From NCBI GenBank assembly GCA_003144275.1, contig NJBF01000004.1, forward strand, positions 90,001-122,000: DNA of 32,000 bases, read 5' to 3'. Under the pieces are notes generated by a model. The model did not search any database. It saw only the letters and a list, made by a program, of their open reading frames with translations, and was not told the DNA's origin. The DNA comes from Candidatus Heimdallarchaeota archaeon B3_Heim (lineage in GTDB: Archaea > Asgardarchaeota > Heimdallarchaeia > Hodarchaeales > Hodarchaeaceae). The position numbers and the translations under genes were made by a program. This document shows, in pieces, positions 1 through 9,769 of the stretch; positions within the stretch are counted from its first letter, which is position 1, and every line of letters starts with the position of its first letter.

Positions 1-693
1 AGTTGGCCATATTTCATTCCTATGCCTATAGGTCTTGGAACAATGGGAGCGTTTATTTCTCAAAAAACTCCAATACGTTCACGAAATGATTTATTTGATG
101 TCGGATTAGCAGGGCCTATTTTTGGATTTATTATCGCAACTATATTCTCAATCATTGGTCTGATGAATTCGATTGTTATACCAGCAGCAGAAGTTACTCA
201 AGAATTTTCAAATCCATTGGGATTATTTGACCTGAGATTAAATAATCCTGATCGAACGAGAATATTATTATTTGAGATTCTTGCCTTTTTTTTCGTTCCA
301 CAGCAAGGTAGTGATGTTGTAATCTTTTTGCATCCTTTTGCTTTTGCAGGGTTCATTGGATTTTTTCTTACAAGCTTGAACTTAATTCCTATCGGTCAGA
401 GTGATGGTGGCCATGTTGCAAGAAGTATATTCTCAGAAAAAAATCATCGAATGGTCACCTATATCAGCGCAGGTGTTCTAGTAGGTCTTGGTTTCTGGAT
501 TTTTGCTATTTTACTATTATTTATGTATTCACAAACTGGACATTCAGGCCCCTTAGATGATTTAACTGAATTGTCCCTTTCTCGCAAAATTGTGACAGGA
601 AGTATTCTGGTATTAATCTTGCTATGTCTACCCTTATCTCCTGATTCCTTATTTGCTGAACTGCTCTCTGATATTTCATCCATTTTTGGATGA
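1..693 (+). CDS. Site-2 protease family (peptidase M50) membrane metalloprotease, 5'-truncated by window edge
   Basis: Frame is open from base 1 (SWPYFIPMPIG...). It has the PYFIP and AGP motifs, several TM segments and the M50 C-terminal NxxPxxxxDG motif (NLIPIGQSDGGH). The HExxH motif would lie upstream of the window. Confidence 0.85.
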   Translation, partial: SWPYFIPMPIGLGTMGAFISQKTPIRSRNDLFDVGLAGPIFGFIIATIFSIIGLMNSIVIPAAEVTQEFSNPLGLFDLRLNNPDRTRILLFEILAFFFVPQQGSDVVIFLHPFAFAGFIGFFLTSLNLIPIGQSDGGHVARSIFSEKNHRMVTYISAGVLVGLGFWIFAILLLFMYSQTGHSGPLDDLTELSLSRKIVTGSILVLILLCLPLSPDSLFAELLSDISSIFG

Positions 694-727
694 AAGAACT
701 AACAATCCTTTTCCTCCAAAATAAAAT

Positions 728-2515
728 CTAGAAATCATGATAATAGGCATCATTTTTTCGCTGGTCCCGATCTAAGCGGCTTCCCAACTTGTTTAACCGG
801 GCTCGTCCAGTTTCAGGATCTCTACGAAACGTAACATCTATTTCCTTCAAAAATCTATTAAGGGCTGCTTTTTTGGTTAATGGTCCAACTGTTCGACCTA
901 TACTCCCTGGAGTTCCTTCAAAGAGCATAATCCTATCTGCTAACGCGTCAGCGATTTGAATATCGTGCTCGATTGCAATACATGCGGCATTGTTTTTGGA
1001 GACTATATGACGGATGACACGAGTGGCTTTCAAACGTTCTTCAACATCAAGAAATGCGCTTCCTTCATCAATGATGTACAAGTCTGCTTTTTTCCCTAGA
1101 CAACCTGCAAGAAAACATCGTTGAAGTTCTCCTCCACTCAGTGCGCGTATTGGTTTATCTAAAAGATGCGAAATTGAGAATGGCTTCAGGATATAGATGC
1201 TAAAAGCACGAGAGCCTATGAATAAATTTGTGTACTGAGTCAAAAACTCCCGCACGGTTCCTGTAAATTTTCGGTGTAGAAATTGCGGCTTAAAGGAAAC
1301 CGTTACTGACTTTAATGATTGAGTGAGGTGGCGAGCGAAAGTGGTTTTCCCTAATCCATTTTCTCCAAGAATGCAGAGTATTTCCCCAAAATAATTCATC
1401 CCTTTATCAACAGTTAAATTAAATGACCCGACTTGTTTTTGGAATGCTGGAAATTCTACCCCAGGTCTTCCCTCCCAATCTCTCTCTTTCACTACGCGGG
1501 TAAACTGAATACGTTTGCCACGTATCCGAACATTCTCATCTTTTAATCGACCGAGAAGAAAGTTGTTGATTCCTTTCTTAGTACTATATGCTAAAGTTGA
1601 GATAACCCCAAATTTATGTGGTTCTCCATAAAATAAATAGATCAGATCACTCTGAAAGTCAAGGATAGCAATATCATGCTCAGCAATAAAGATAGTTTTT
1701 CCTGCAGAAGCCAATTGGTGAAAAATCTTTGCCATTTTTATGCGTTGCCGGAAATCCAAGAATGTACAGGGCTCGTCAATGAGATAGACATCGGCATTCT
1801 GTAATAGAGCTTTACCGATGGCTAGTCTTTGCAACTCTCCCCCGGATAATTCTTTAGGAATTCGATTTAGAATTGGAGTGAACTCCATCAGCTCAATTAC
1901 TTCTGTTAGGGAATAATATCCTTGATTCTCACTTTGTGATAAGATATCTGATACCGAATCTGAAATTTCAGTAAGATGGGTGAAGATTTGAGGTTTATGC
2001 GCAACCTTAAGTGCATTAGCATCCACTTCTGCAAGAAATTGACGAAAACTGGAGATCTTTAGTTGTGAAAGAAAATGCTCGTATCCCTTTTCTGACTCTT
2101 GGTGATCTCCTCCATTGGGTCGCATTCCAGCTAAAATGTCTAATATTGTTGATTTACCAATACCATTTACTCCTAATAAACCGATAACCTTTCCAGAGTG
2201 TATTTGAGGAACACCAAAAAATCGAAACCCATTTTCATCATAACTATGTACTAATAACCCAGCTGTTTCAATTGAAGGTAAATTAGTTACACTAAGAGCG
2301 CGTGGAAAACATTTATTGATGCAAACACCACATGTTCCCTTTTTTGCCATTAAACAAGTATTGTTATTGATAATAGGTTTTCCAGTCCCCTTTCGAATGG
2401 TTATAACGTTCTTCTGACCTTTAATAACTAAAGGACAGTATTTTAAACACGCATATCCACATAAATCAGGTTTACACTTATCATAATTAATACTCAAGAT
2501 TCGGATCGTAACCAC
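728..2515 (-). CDS. rli1: ABCE1/Rli1 ribosome recycling ATPase with N-terminal Fe-S domain (divergent copy)
   Basis: N-terminal Cys cluster (CKPDLCGYACLKYCP...C-x7-CGVCINKC); two NBDs (GVNGIGKST, GENGLGKTT), each with LSGGELQR; C-terminal TFRRDPETGR hallmark. GTG start. Confidence 0.92.
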   Translation of the reverse strand: MVTIRILSINYDKCKPDLCGYACLKYCPLVIKGQKNVITIRKGTGKPIINNNTCLMAKKGTCGVCINKCFPRALSVTNLPSIETAGLLVHSYDENGFRFFGVPQIHSGKVIGLLGVNGIGKSTILDILAGMRPNGGDHQESEKGYEHFLSQLKISSFRQFLAEVDANALKVAHKPQIFTHLTEISDSVSDILSQSENQGYYSLTEVIELMEFTPILNRIPKELSGGELQRLAIGKALLQNADVYLIDEPCTFLDFRQRIKMAKIFHQLASAGKTIFIAEHDIAILDFQSDLIYLFYGEPHKFGVISTLAYSTKKGINNFLLGRLKDENVRIRGKRIQFTRVVKERDWEGRPGVEFPAFQKQVGSFNLTVDKGMNYFGEILCILGENGLGKTTFARHLTQSLKSVTVSFKPQFLHRKFTGTVREFLTQYTNLFIGSRAFSIYILKPFSISHLLDKPIRALSGGELQRCFLAGCLGKKADLYIIDEGSAFLDVEERLKATRVIRHIVSKNNAACIAIEHDIQIADALADRIMLFEGTPGSIGRTVGPLTKKAALNRFLKEIDVTFRRDPETGRARLNKLGSRLDRDQRKNDAYYHDF

Positions 2516-2771
2516 GCTACTTTATGTGAATGAAAGCTAAAAGGATAACCTATAACTTCTACGGATAACGATTGGAAGCATATCTAGTAAATGGAGGAAG
2601 AGAATAAGTTACCTCTGCTATTCAAATGGACTCTTATCCTTCGCCTAATGAGGATTATTGCCAAGAAAAACGTTACAAAATGATTTAAAGAATATTGAAG
2701 AGTTCATATTTCTTGTTAGCGCCTGCGAAGAGAGCAGTGATAATAATATACTTTGATTGTAGGAGATACCA

Positions 2772-3284
2772 GTGGATCCAATTGGGCACTTAGAATGGAC
2801 TTTAGGCTTTGGGCTAATTCTATTTGCGATTTTTCAGATTCCTCTTGACGCTTTAAGTTTTTTATTGTTAGGAATAGGCTCCGACTTTCCAGATATCTTT
2901 GATTGGATTTTCTATAGAGGTAAGAATTTCCAAGAAGGCCACCGTGAAATATCCCACACAGTATTTTTCATTGGCGTTCTGCTAATTATTAGTTACTTTA
3001 TTCCTGTTGTAGGATTCTTAACACTCGGTTCTATCATGCACATACTAGAAGATATTCTTGCAGGAAGAGATCCAATCTATTTGTTTTCCCCGATATCACA
3101 TAGAGGTGCGACTCGTTTAGTGTCAATGGAGCAATCAATAGCAATCGGTGGAAGGGTCAGAAATTTGATAAAAAGTTCTTATCATGGTTCAGAAAACATT
3201 GGTGATGAGCTATCTTGGTTATGGTTTTTGACTATTCTGGGATCATGGTTTTTTATATTAGGAATATTCATGTACTTTGGTTAA
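2772..3284 (+). CDS. YdjM/DUF457-like membrane metal-dependent hydrolase
   Basis: N-terminal H, GSDFPDIFD, HREISHT and HILED motifs in a 4-5 TM protein; GGAG SD before the GTG start. Confidence 0.75.
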   Translation: MDPIGHLEWTLGFGLILFAIFQIPLDALSFLLLGIGSDFPDIFDWIFYRGKNFQEGHREISHTVFFIGVLLIISYFIPVVGFLTLGSIMHILEDILAGRDPIYLFSPISHRGATRLVSMEQSIAIGGRVRNLIKSSYHGSENIGDELSWLWFLTILGSWFFILGIFMYFG

Positions 3285-3300
3285 ATAGTGGGAATGAAAA

Positions 3301-3837
3301 ATGGAAGCCTTAAAACATACCGAATGGGTATTTGGGGTCATTTTTTTCTGGTTTGCATTTTTCCAAGTCGATCTTACCTCAAATCCTCATTGGGTTCTCT
3401 ACATCATATTGGGGAGTCAAATCTCCGATTTCCTGGAATTATTTCTAGTTAAAATTAATATTTCAGAAAAAATGGCTCGTAGAGCTACTCATGATTACTT
3501 ATTTGTCATCATTATTTGGATAGTTTTTCCAGTCAAGATGCATCATGAAATAAATATGTTTTCAATAGCTCTTGCCGTTCATTATATAATCGATTTATTT
3601 TCTGGTCTTGAACCTATTTATTTAGGAGGATTATTATTTGGTGAGCGAACCGCGTTTATCTATGTGACTCAATCTCATCGTGCTTCTATTGGGAAGAGAA
3701 TTGAGGCATGGGGATCAGACTATTTTGTTGCTCAAACTGAAAGCCCCTCAGCTGAGCTTGCATGGTTTTGGGTAATGCAAATTGCGGGATCCGTTTTTTG
3801 TGGCTTAGGGATTCTTACATACTTGTGGCTTGGGTAA
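3301..3837 (+). CDS. Paralog of the upstream YdjM-like hydrolase with altered metal-binding motifs
   Basis: Colinear similarity with 2772-3284 (H.EW..G, GSQISDFLE, RRATHD, HYIID..G.EPIYL, ELAW.W). Confidence 0.65.
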   Translation: MEALKHTEWVFGVIFFWFAFFQVDLTSNPHWVLYIILGSQISDFLELFLVKINISEKMARRATHDYLFVIIIWIVFPVKMHHEINMFSIALAVHYIIDLFSGLEPIYLGGLLFGERTAFIYVTQSHRASIGKRIEAWGSDYFVAQTESPSAELAWFWVMQIAGSVFCGLGILTYLWLG

Positions 3838-3994
3838 TTCCAAACTAAGAATTAAGGTAAAGAATATTTGCTCCAAGATATTCCAAAAAATTTGATAGAT
3901 TTGCTGAGTTTAGCGTTTCCCATTTGAATATCATTTTAAGAATGAAAGAAGTGTTGCCTAGTAGAGAAGAATAGCTCACCACGGGGCAAATAAT

Positions 3995-5887
3995 ATGGTC
4001 TGGTCAAAAATCGTCTCAATCAGTTTATTTCTACTTGTTTGTAGCTCTGGAATCGGATACATTTCAGTATTAACAACGACTACAAATTCACCGACAACTG
4101 AATTATCTGAATCAGTTAATTCTTTGTTACAAACGCCAATAAGTAGCAGAAATGAAGATTCACAATTAATTTCTACAAAAAACTCAGCCCTTCAATCAGT
4201 AAAAGACATACCAACTATTTCTCCCAGTTCACAAGCTGTAGAGCAAGCAGTGGATAGTTCACGTCTATTTTGGGTTCCAGATGTATCAACCTATCCTTAT
4301 GAATTCTATCAAATTAATGCTACCTTGAAAGTCAATGGACCACATAGCTTAATCTATTCAAATACAACCGCCGTTTCTGATCCAGAATTGTTGGATATGA
4401 ATGATAGCTTCGAAAGTCTCGTCTATCCAACCATCACAGATTTCTTTGGTACACCCCCCGATATTGATGGTAATAATAAAATTATCCTGCTTGTTTATGA
4501 TATTGATGAAATTGAGTATGGTTTTGTTGCTGGATTCTTCTATTCGCTTAATCAATATTTGAACACCGAGCTTCACCCCTCAGAACGTTATAGTAATGAG
4601 GCAGAAATTCTCCATATTGATATTTTAGCAGCAGGCAACATGGACACAGTCGCTCACGAATTTCAACATCTTATTCATTTTGGTCATGATGATGATGAAG
4701 AAACTTGGTTCGAAGAAGGAGCATCAATGTTTGCAGAGTATTTAATTGGCGGTGATGCCTTTAGTGGTGGAGTTGGTACAGATTTTCAAGATAATCCTGA
4801 TGTTTCATTAACTTATTGGGATCTAGGAGGTTCCTCGGTTCTAGCTAATTATGGTGCATCCTACACATTCTTCTTATATTTAGCTGAACAATATGGGGGT
4901 AATCTCATTATCAAAGATTTAGTTGAACGATCAGTAAATGGAATTACAAGTATAGAAAATTCTCTGATCCAGAGTGGATATGATGTCCCATTCGTAGAAG
5001 TATTCCGCAATTGGACAATTGCTAACTTCTTAGATGATACTTCATTTGCAGATGGGGCTTATGGGTATTACAATGATAGTGTATTAGTCAACACCGAATA
5101 TACATATGTAATGTCGCCGCTACCTCGTACTGAGAATTCTGTTCCGTTTTGGGGAACGGATTACTTGAAGTTCAGTTATCCCAGTGAACTACCTTTTACA
5201 TTTGAGTTTCAAAGTGAATCTTCTGATGGTTTTCTAGTTAGTATAATCATGAAAAACACAACTACAATTCCACTGAATACAGAGGTCATTCCGATTATGA
5301 TCACTCCTGATGGCTTCGGAAACTTTTCTACATCAGAACTAAACATCACAGCCGACGAAATATATGTTGTCGTGAGTGCCTATACTGAGGCCGGAACTCC
5401 TGACCACGACGATGAGAATCCTGCACCTGCACAAGAATATTGGTTCATTGTTAATCCAGAAGGAATCTACATAGCCCCAGGTACTCTCATCTATTTAGAT
5501 AATATCCTCAATCTAAGTAATATTACCGTGGTTGATTCCCACGGCTTTGTGTGGGTGGTTGCTGATGGTGCCACCTACGAAATATTATCCTCAACTGGTG
5601 AAACAACTGGTATTACAGGTACCTTCGTCTATGATTCAGAGAACCAAAGTTGGCAAGCGCTCAATATCGATCTTGGAACGCTTTCACAAGACGAATATAA
5701 GGTTAAATATATGTTTTATAATACCACATCAACTGGAATCACTTATTCAGAAATATTTACCACCATTATCTCGACGACACAGACCACATCGGCCTCTAAC
5801 TCCACAAATACAATAATTCCAGGATTTCTTGCAGTCTTCTTAATCATTACAATGGGAGCATTTACCCGTTCACGGAAACGGAAATAA
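3995..5887 (+). CDS. Secreted, C-terminally anchored zinc metalloprotease (M30/M6-like zincin)
   Basis: Signal peptide; PPDIDGNNKIILL segment; AHEFQHLIH (HExxH) followed by WFEEGASMFAE; S/T-rich linker, IPGF, TM helix and basic tail RSRKRK. Confidence 0.8.
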   Translation: MVWSKIVSISLFLLVCSSGIGYISVLTTTTNSPTTELSESVNSLLQTPISSRNEDSQLISTKNSALQSVKDIPTISPSSQAVEQAVDSSRLFWVPDVSTYPYEFYQINATLKVNGPHSLIYSNTTAVSDPELLDMNDSFESLVYPTITDFFGTPPDIDGNNKIILLVYDIDEIEYGFVAGFFYSLNQYLNTELHPSERYSNEAEILHIDILAAGNMDTVAHEFQHLIHFGHDDDEETWFEEGASMFAEYLIGGDAFSGGVGTDFQDNPDVSLTYWDLGGSSVLANYGASYTFFLYLAEQYGGNLIIKDLVERSVNGITSIENSLIQSGYDVPFVEVFRNWTIANFLDDTSFADGAYGYYNDSVLVNTEYTYVMSPLPRTENSVPFWGTDYLKFSYPSELPFTFEFQSESSDGFLVSIIMKNTTTIPLNTEVIPIMITPDGFGNFSTSELNITADEIYVVVSAYTEAGTPDHDDENPAPAQEYWFIVNPEGIYIAPGTLIYLDNILNLSNITVVDSHGFVWVVADGATYEILSSTGETTGITGTFVYDSENQSWQALNIDLGTLSQDEYKVKYMFYNTTSTGITYSEIFTTIISTTQTTSASNSTNTIIPGFLAVFLIITMGAFTRSRKRK

Positions 5888-5912
5888 GACTCTCCAATAA
5901 TACTGCCTCTTA

Positions 5913-7583
5913 TTATTTTTCAAAAATAAGAATACTTTGATGAACAACGCTTGGGATATAAGAATAAGGATAGCCAAAAATGTGGAGGGCCTTATCGGGT
6001 GCATACCACACAATTTCCTCACGAAAATGATAACCAAGTGACACTAGGATTTCTGCAAGTGACGAAGCAAGGAGTAAAAATCGACCAACCTTAATTGATC
6101 TTCCCTCTTGTTGTTCTGTCAATGTTCGATACATATTACCGATAAATACGGCTAAAATTCTTCCATTAGCGAGCTTGCTAAAGCAATCCCTGAAGACATT
6201 CTGAACCAGATCGCGCCATTCCTGGATTGTAAGGATTGTAGCTTGATCAAACTGTTTAAGAGAGGAATGAAGCTTTTCTTTTGACTCCTCCCCCGCTTTG
6301 GAAAATCGACCACGAGTTTTCCTCAATTTGTCCATTGCCCAGTATGGAACATCTGTCATTATCATCCCTATACTTTCATCCTCAATAATCTCATTTACGA
6401 TGTGAGTTGAGTCTCCGACCACGTATGTTTGTTCTGGTAATTGCATACGTCGACACACTTCATAGTATACCTCTTGCCATTGAGTATTGATATCAATACC
6501 AATCGCTTTCCGACGAGCAAGTGAAGCACCCAATAAAGAACCTCCAACACCCACAAATGGATCAAGAATGAGGTCAGTTTGGTTTGGGGAATAACGACGG
6601 ATTAAATACTCGATTAATTCAGGTGGTTTCATTCCACCATGTTGACCACGCAATTTATGCTCAAAAGAAGGAGGAAAACTTCTGTGCAACATGAAAGTAG
6701 GCCCAATGGGGAGCTGCGATTGATCAGTAAAATCAAGCGCCTGAGAAGGATTCGATATAAATGACTCTTTACGCAATACTAGGAATCGTCTTTGAGGAGG
6801 TATGACTGTTATTTCTTCTTTAGAATTTGAAGGTTCAAACCAGAATCGCTCGGCTTTTAAAATTAGCCCTAACGAGTTCAGTTGAGTCGTCATTAATTTT
6901 GTTAAGGCAAAGTTCCATTCTTGAGATCTTTTTTCGTCATTAGTTGTAATTTGATTATAGAAAGGAATTGCTAAGACCATATACCCATTTTCTATCAACT
7001 TTGAGGCAGTATTTCTGATTTTATTAGTAACCTCCCTTACCCACCCATTTATTGCGGCAGTAAATTGGGATTCTGTTAACTGGTTTTCCTTTATACTTTG
7101 ATTGAGCATATCTGTTAAAACAAAATTGATGGAATTATCAGCGACTTGGGTAAGCTCAGAAAATGGTTCATATGTTATTTTACCTAAATTAGTGATCTTT
7201 AAATAATCCACTACCTTCCTGAATTTATCTAAGTTAACTGGATCACTATCTAAACCAATTATTGATCGGTCAGATGATTCAAATTTCATATTAGTATAAT
7301 AACCAGCTAATAATGTACTTCCAAGTCCTGCGAGGGGATCAAGAATGATACCATCAGGTTTAGTAAATGTTTCAATGAATTCTTGACTTAAATCGATTGG
7401 AAGTGAATGTAAACCGCGACTATTAGTGGGGGGAGGAAAACGAGAGGGGAAAACTTTTGGAATAATGGTTTTAGTCGAAAATAACCACTCTTTCCCTGTG
7501 AAATCATTGAGGGCATTTCTTCTATCATATACCCCACGCTCTAAACGATCTTCCTGATAGTCTTTCAACGGTTTTTGTGGCAT
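5913..7583 (-). CDS. N4/N6 amino-DNA methyltransferase with two tandem MTase domains
   Basis: Two SAM-binding motif I copies (ILDPLAGLGST, ILDPFVGVGGS); DPPY-like TDVPYW in the second half only; N-terminal NALNDFTGKEW motif; GGAG SD. Confidence 0.8.
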   Translation of the reverse strand: MPQKPLKDYQEDRLERGVYDRRNALNDFTGKEWLFSTKTIIPKVFPSRFPPPTNSRGLHSLPIDLSQEFIETFTKPDGIILDPLAGLGSTLLAGYYTNMKFESSDRSIIGLDSDPVNLDKFRKVVDYLKITNLGKITYEPFSELTQVADNSINFVLTDMLNQSIKENQLTESQFTAAINGWVREVTNKIRNTASKLIENGYMVLAIPFYNQITTNDEKRSQEWNFALTKLMTTQLNSLGLILKAERFWFEPSNSKEEITVIPPQRRFLVLRKESFISNPSQALDFTDQSQLPIGPTFMLHRSFPPSFEHKLRGQHGGMKPPELIEYLIRRYSPNQTDLILDPFVGVGGSLLGASLARRKAIGIDINTQWQEVYYEVCRRMQLPEQTYVVGDSTHIVNEIIEDESIGMIMTDVPYWAMDKLRKTRGRFSKAGEESKEKLHSSLKQFDQATILTIQEWRDLVQNVFRDCFSKLANGRILAVFIGNMYRTLTEQQEGRSIKVGRFLLLASSLAEILVSLGYHFREEIVWYAPDKALHIFGYPYSYIPSVVHQSILIFEK

Positions 7584-7613
7584 CTCCTTAAACGCCTAGC
7601 ATTTATAATTTCA

Positions 7614-7913
7614 TTATATTGATAAAAGCACCCACAATATAACAGGGAGGCCAAACATTAGTAATAGCCCAATGTAACCTGCTAATCGAATACGTACCAC
7701 TCGTGTTTGGCATGGTTTACAATAATATTTCTGAATGAAATCACGTTTCTGCCCAATAAACTGCGAAAAAAAGTTCTCGTGCCAATCCTCTACAATGCAA
7801 TCAGTACAAAAGAATTTATGACATCTCTCACATTCTTTCGTGTCATAACTCTTTGAATGATTGACACACACTGATCCCTGTTTCCGTGAGATTTGTCTTT
7901 TTGTGTTACCCAT
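7614..7913 (-). CDS. Small B-box-like zinc-finger protein with C-terminal TM helix
   Basis: C-x2-H-x8-C-x2-C-x4-C-x2-C, a further CxxC (CKPC), then a hydrophobic C-terminus. ATG at 7913 preferred over TTG at 7931. Confidence 0.7.
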   Translation of the reverse strand: MGNTKRQISRKQGSVCVNHSKSYDTKECERCHKFFCTDCIVEDWHENFFSQFIGQKRDFIQKYYCKPCQTRVVRIRLAGYIGLLLMFGLPVILWVLLSI

Positions 7914-8083
7914 GATTCTTTCACAATTCAAGTTTTAAGGGGTAGTAATGGTTAAAAAAATACCTTAATTTTGAGTATTTATCATTAAAGATCAATCTTA
8001 CCATATGAGTATTTTCCGTCCCAATGTTTTGAATTTTTACCAAAATAATAATATATTAAATCTGTTCACTTTTTATTTATAAG

Positions 8084-9292
8084 ATGATATCTATGATCTG
8101 CCGTCTAGCCACGAATGATGACAAAGAAGCAATTAGGAAAATTAGAGTCTATGCATTCGAGGGAAGAAAAAATCAATATGACCCTCCAAAAGTAGCTGGT
8201 ACAAAGCCTTTAGTGGTTTATCCATTAATAGATTATGTCGTAGAAGAGGATAATACGATTACAGCGGCCATAGGTGTAATAGATTTTAGTCAGCGTATTC
8301 GAGGAGTATGGGTAAGAATGGCAGGCATTTCAGCTGTCGCATGCAAACCAGAATATCGAAGGAAACATCATATCACTAAATTACTCGAATTCTTATTTAA
8401 AGATCTTGACAAGAAAGAATACCTTGTCTCTTCTCTCTACCCCTTCTCTTATGAATTTTATGAAAGGGTAGGGTATGCGCATGTAGATTCCCTAGAAGTA
8501 TATACCGTTCGATGTTCTGATATAAACCAAAAACCCACTCCAAACCGTCGGATAGAGGAAGATTATGATTCCGAGTTTGCACGATGTCAACCCCTGTACC
8601 AAAAAATGACGGCAAAAATTGATGGATTAGTAAAACGTCCTTCGAATATTTGGAAAGATTTGTTAGGATGGAGATGGTATGAAAACGGGTTTCAATTTAT
8701 TTGCCAAGATCTTGAAGGGAATGATCTAGGATATATTATCATTCGATTTGAGCAAAAAAGTCACCAAAACAAATTTCCTTTTATTGAAGTAAAAGAAATG
8801 GTCAGTTTTGACCCTGAAACGAAGCAAGCGTTACTAAACTTTCTAGCAAATCATGATTCGCAACGAAAACATATACAATTTGCTCCACTCGATTCAAACT
8901 ACCTGCTCTTTATGAAGAATCCTGATATTAAAGAAAAACGGTCAAAGACCAATTCGATGTTTAGGATACTAAATATTGAGAAACTTCTCCCTAAACTAAA
9001 TTTCCCAGCAGATATTGCAGAAGAAGTGTGTTTCACGATTTCGGATCCCAATTGCTCTTGGAATAATAAAACATTCGAATTACATATAATTAAAGGCAAG
9101 GGTCAAGTAATGATTAGCCAAAACGATTCTAATCTTCTATTGACCATTAATTCATTAAGCCAAATCATTTTTGGGTTTTATTCAGTCGCAGAATTGGCAG
9201 AAGTAGGAAAAATAACTGGTTCTCCTACTGAGATTAATAAATTATCATACATATTCCCAAAACAGTCAGCTACTCTTCGTGATTATTTCTAA
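8084..9292 (+). CDS. Eis-family GNAT N-acetyltransferase (GNAT-GNAT-SCP2-like)
   Basis: GISAVACKPEYRRKH acetyl-CoA motif, SSLYPFSYEFYERVGY motif, and C-terminal SCP2-like region (DPNCSWNN...LSQIIFG). Confidence 0.88.
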   Translation: MISMICRLATNDDKEAIRKIRVYAFEGRKNQYDPPKVAGTKPLVVYPLIDYVVEEDNTITAAIGVIDFSQRIRGVWVRMAGISAVACKPEYRRKHHITKLLEFLFKDLDKKEYLVSSLYPFSYEFYERVGYAHVDSLEVYTVRCSDINQKPTPNRRIEEDYDSEFARCQPLYQKMTAKIDGLVKRPSNIWKDLLGWRWYENGFQFICQDLEGNDLGYIIIRFEQKSHQNKFPFIEVKEMVSFDPETKQALLNFLANHDSQRKHIQFAPLDSNYLLFMKNPDIKEKRSKTNSMFRILNIEKLLPKLNFPADIAEEVCFTISDPNCSWNNKTFELHIIKGKGQVMISQNDSNLLLTINSLSQIIFGFYSVAELAEVGKITGSPTEINKLSYIFPKQSATLRDYF

Positions 9293-9483
9293 TCGTCTTT
9301 TACTCATCTTTCAGTATGTTTTAGAATTACCAGACTCCGTAGACAACCAACTATAAGCACTACTGATTGTATATACAAATTGAACCTTTTAATAGCGATT
9401 TATCCTAGTCACTGTTCCGTCATTTATACCTTTAAATAGATCTATGCCCTGAAGTATATCAGAAGATTGATTTTATTAGAGTT

Positions 9484-9759
9484 GTGAATTGGATGATGGA
9501 AAATATAACGTTAGAAATGGCTGAAGCAAAATTAATAACATCTCTAAGTAATTTAGTTTGGATACTCCCATGTTTAATGATATTAGAGAATATTATATCT
9601 ATTGGTTTCTTACAGAACGATACCTGGAGTTCCAAGGGGACAATGTCAATTTTAACAACCGTTTTATGGGTTGTTGTAATCTTCAAAGTCATCAATGTTG
9701 TAGAACGTCAACTCAATGCTGAACGAGAACTCCGAATTAAAAGGTACAAGTCTAGGTAA
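9484..9759 (+). CDS. Small hypothetical membrane protein (2 TM)
   Basis: Fills the gap between two genes; two hydrophobic stretches and a basic C-terminus. True start may be one of the ATGs a few codons in. Confidence 0.55.
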   Translation: MNWMMENITLEMAEAKLITSLSNLVWILPCLMILENIISIGFLQNDTWSSKGTMSILTTVLWVVVIFKVINVVERQLNAERELRIKRYKSR

Positions 9760-9769
9760 TACGATTAAA

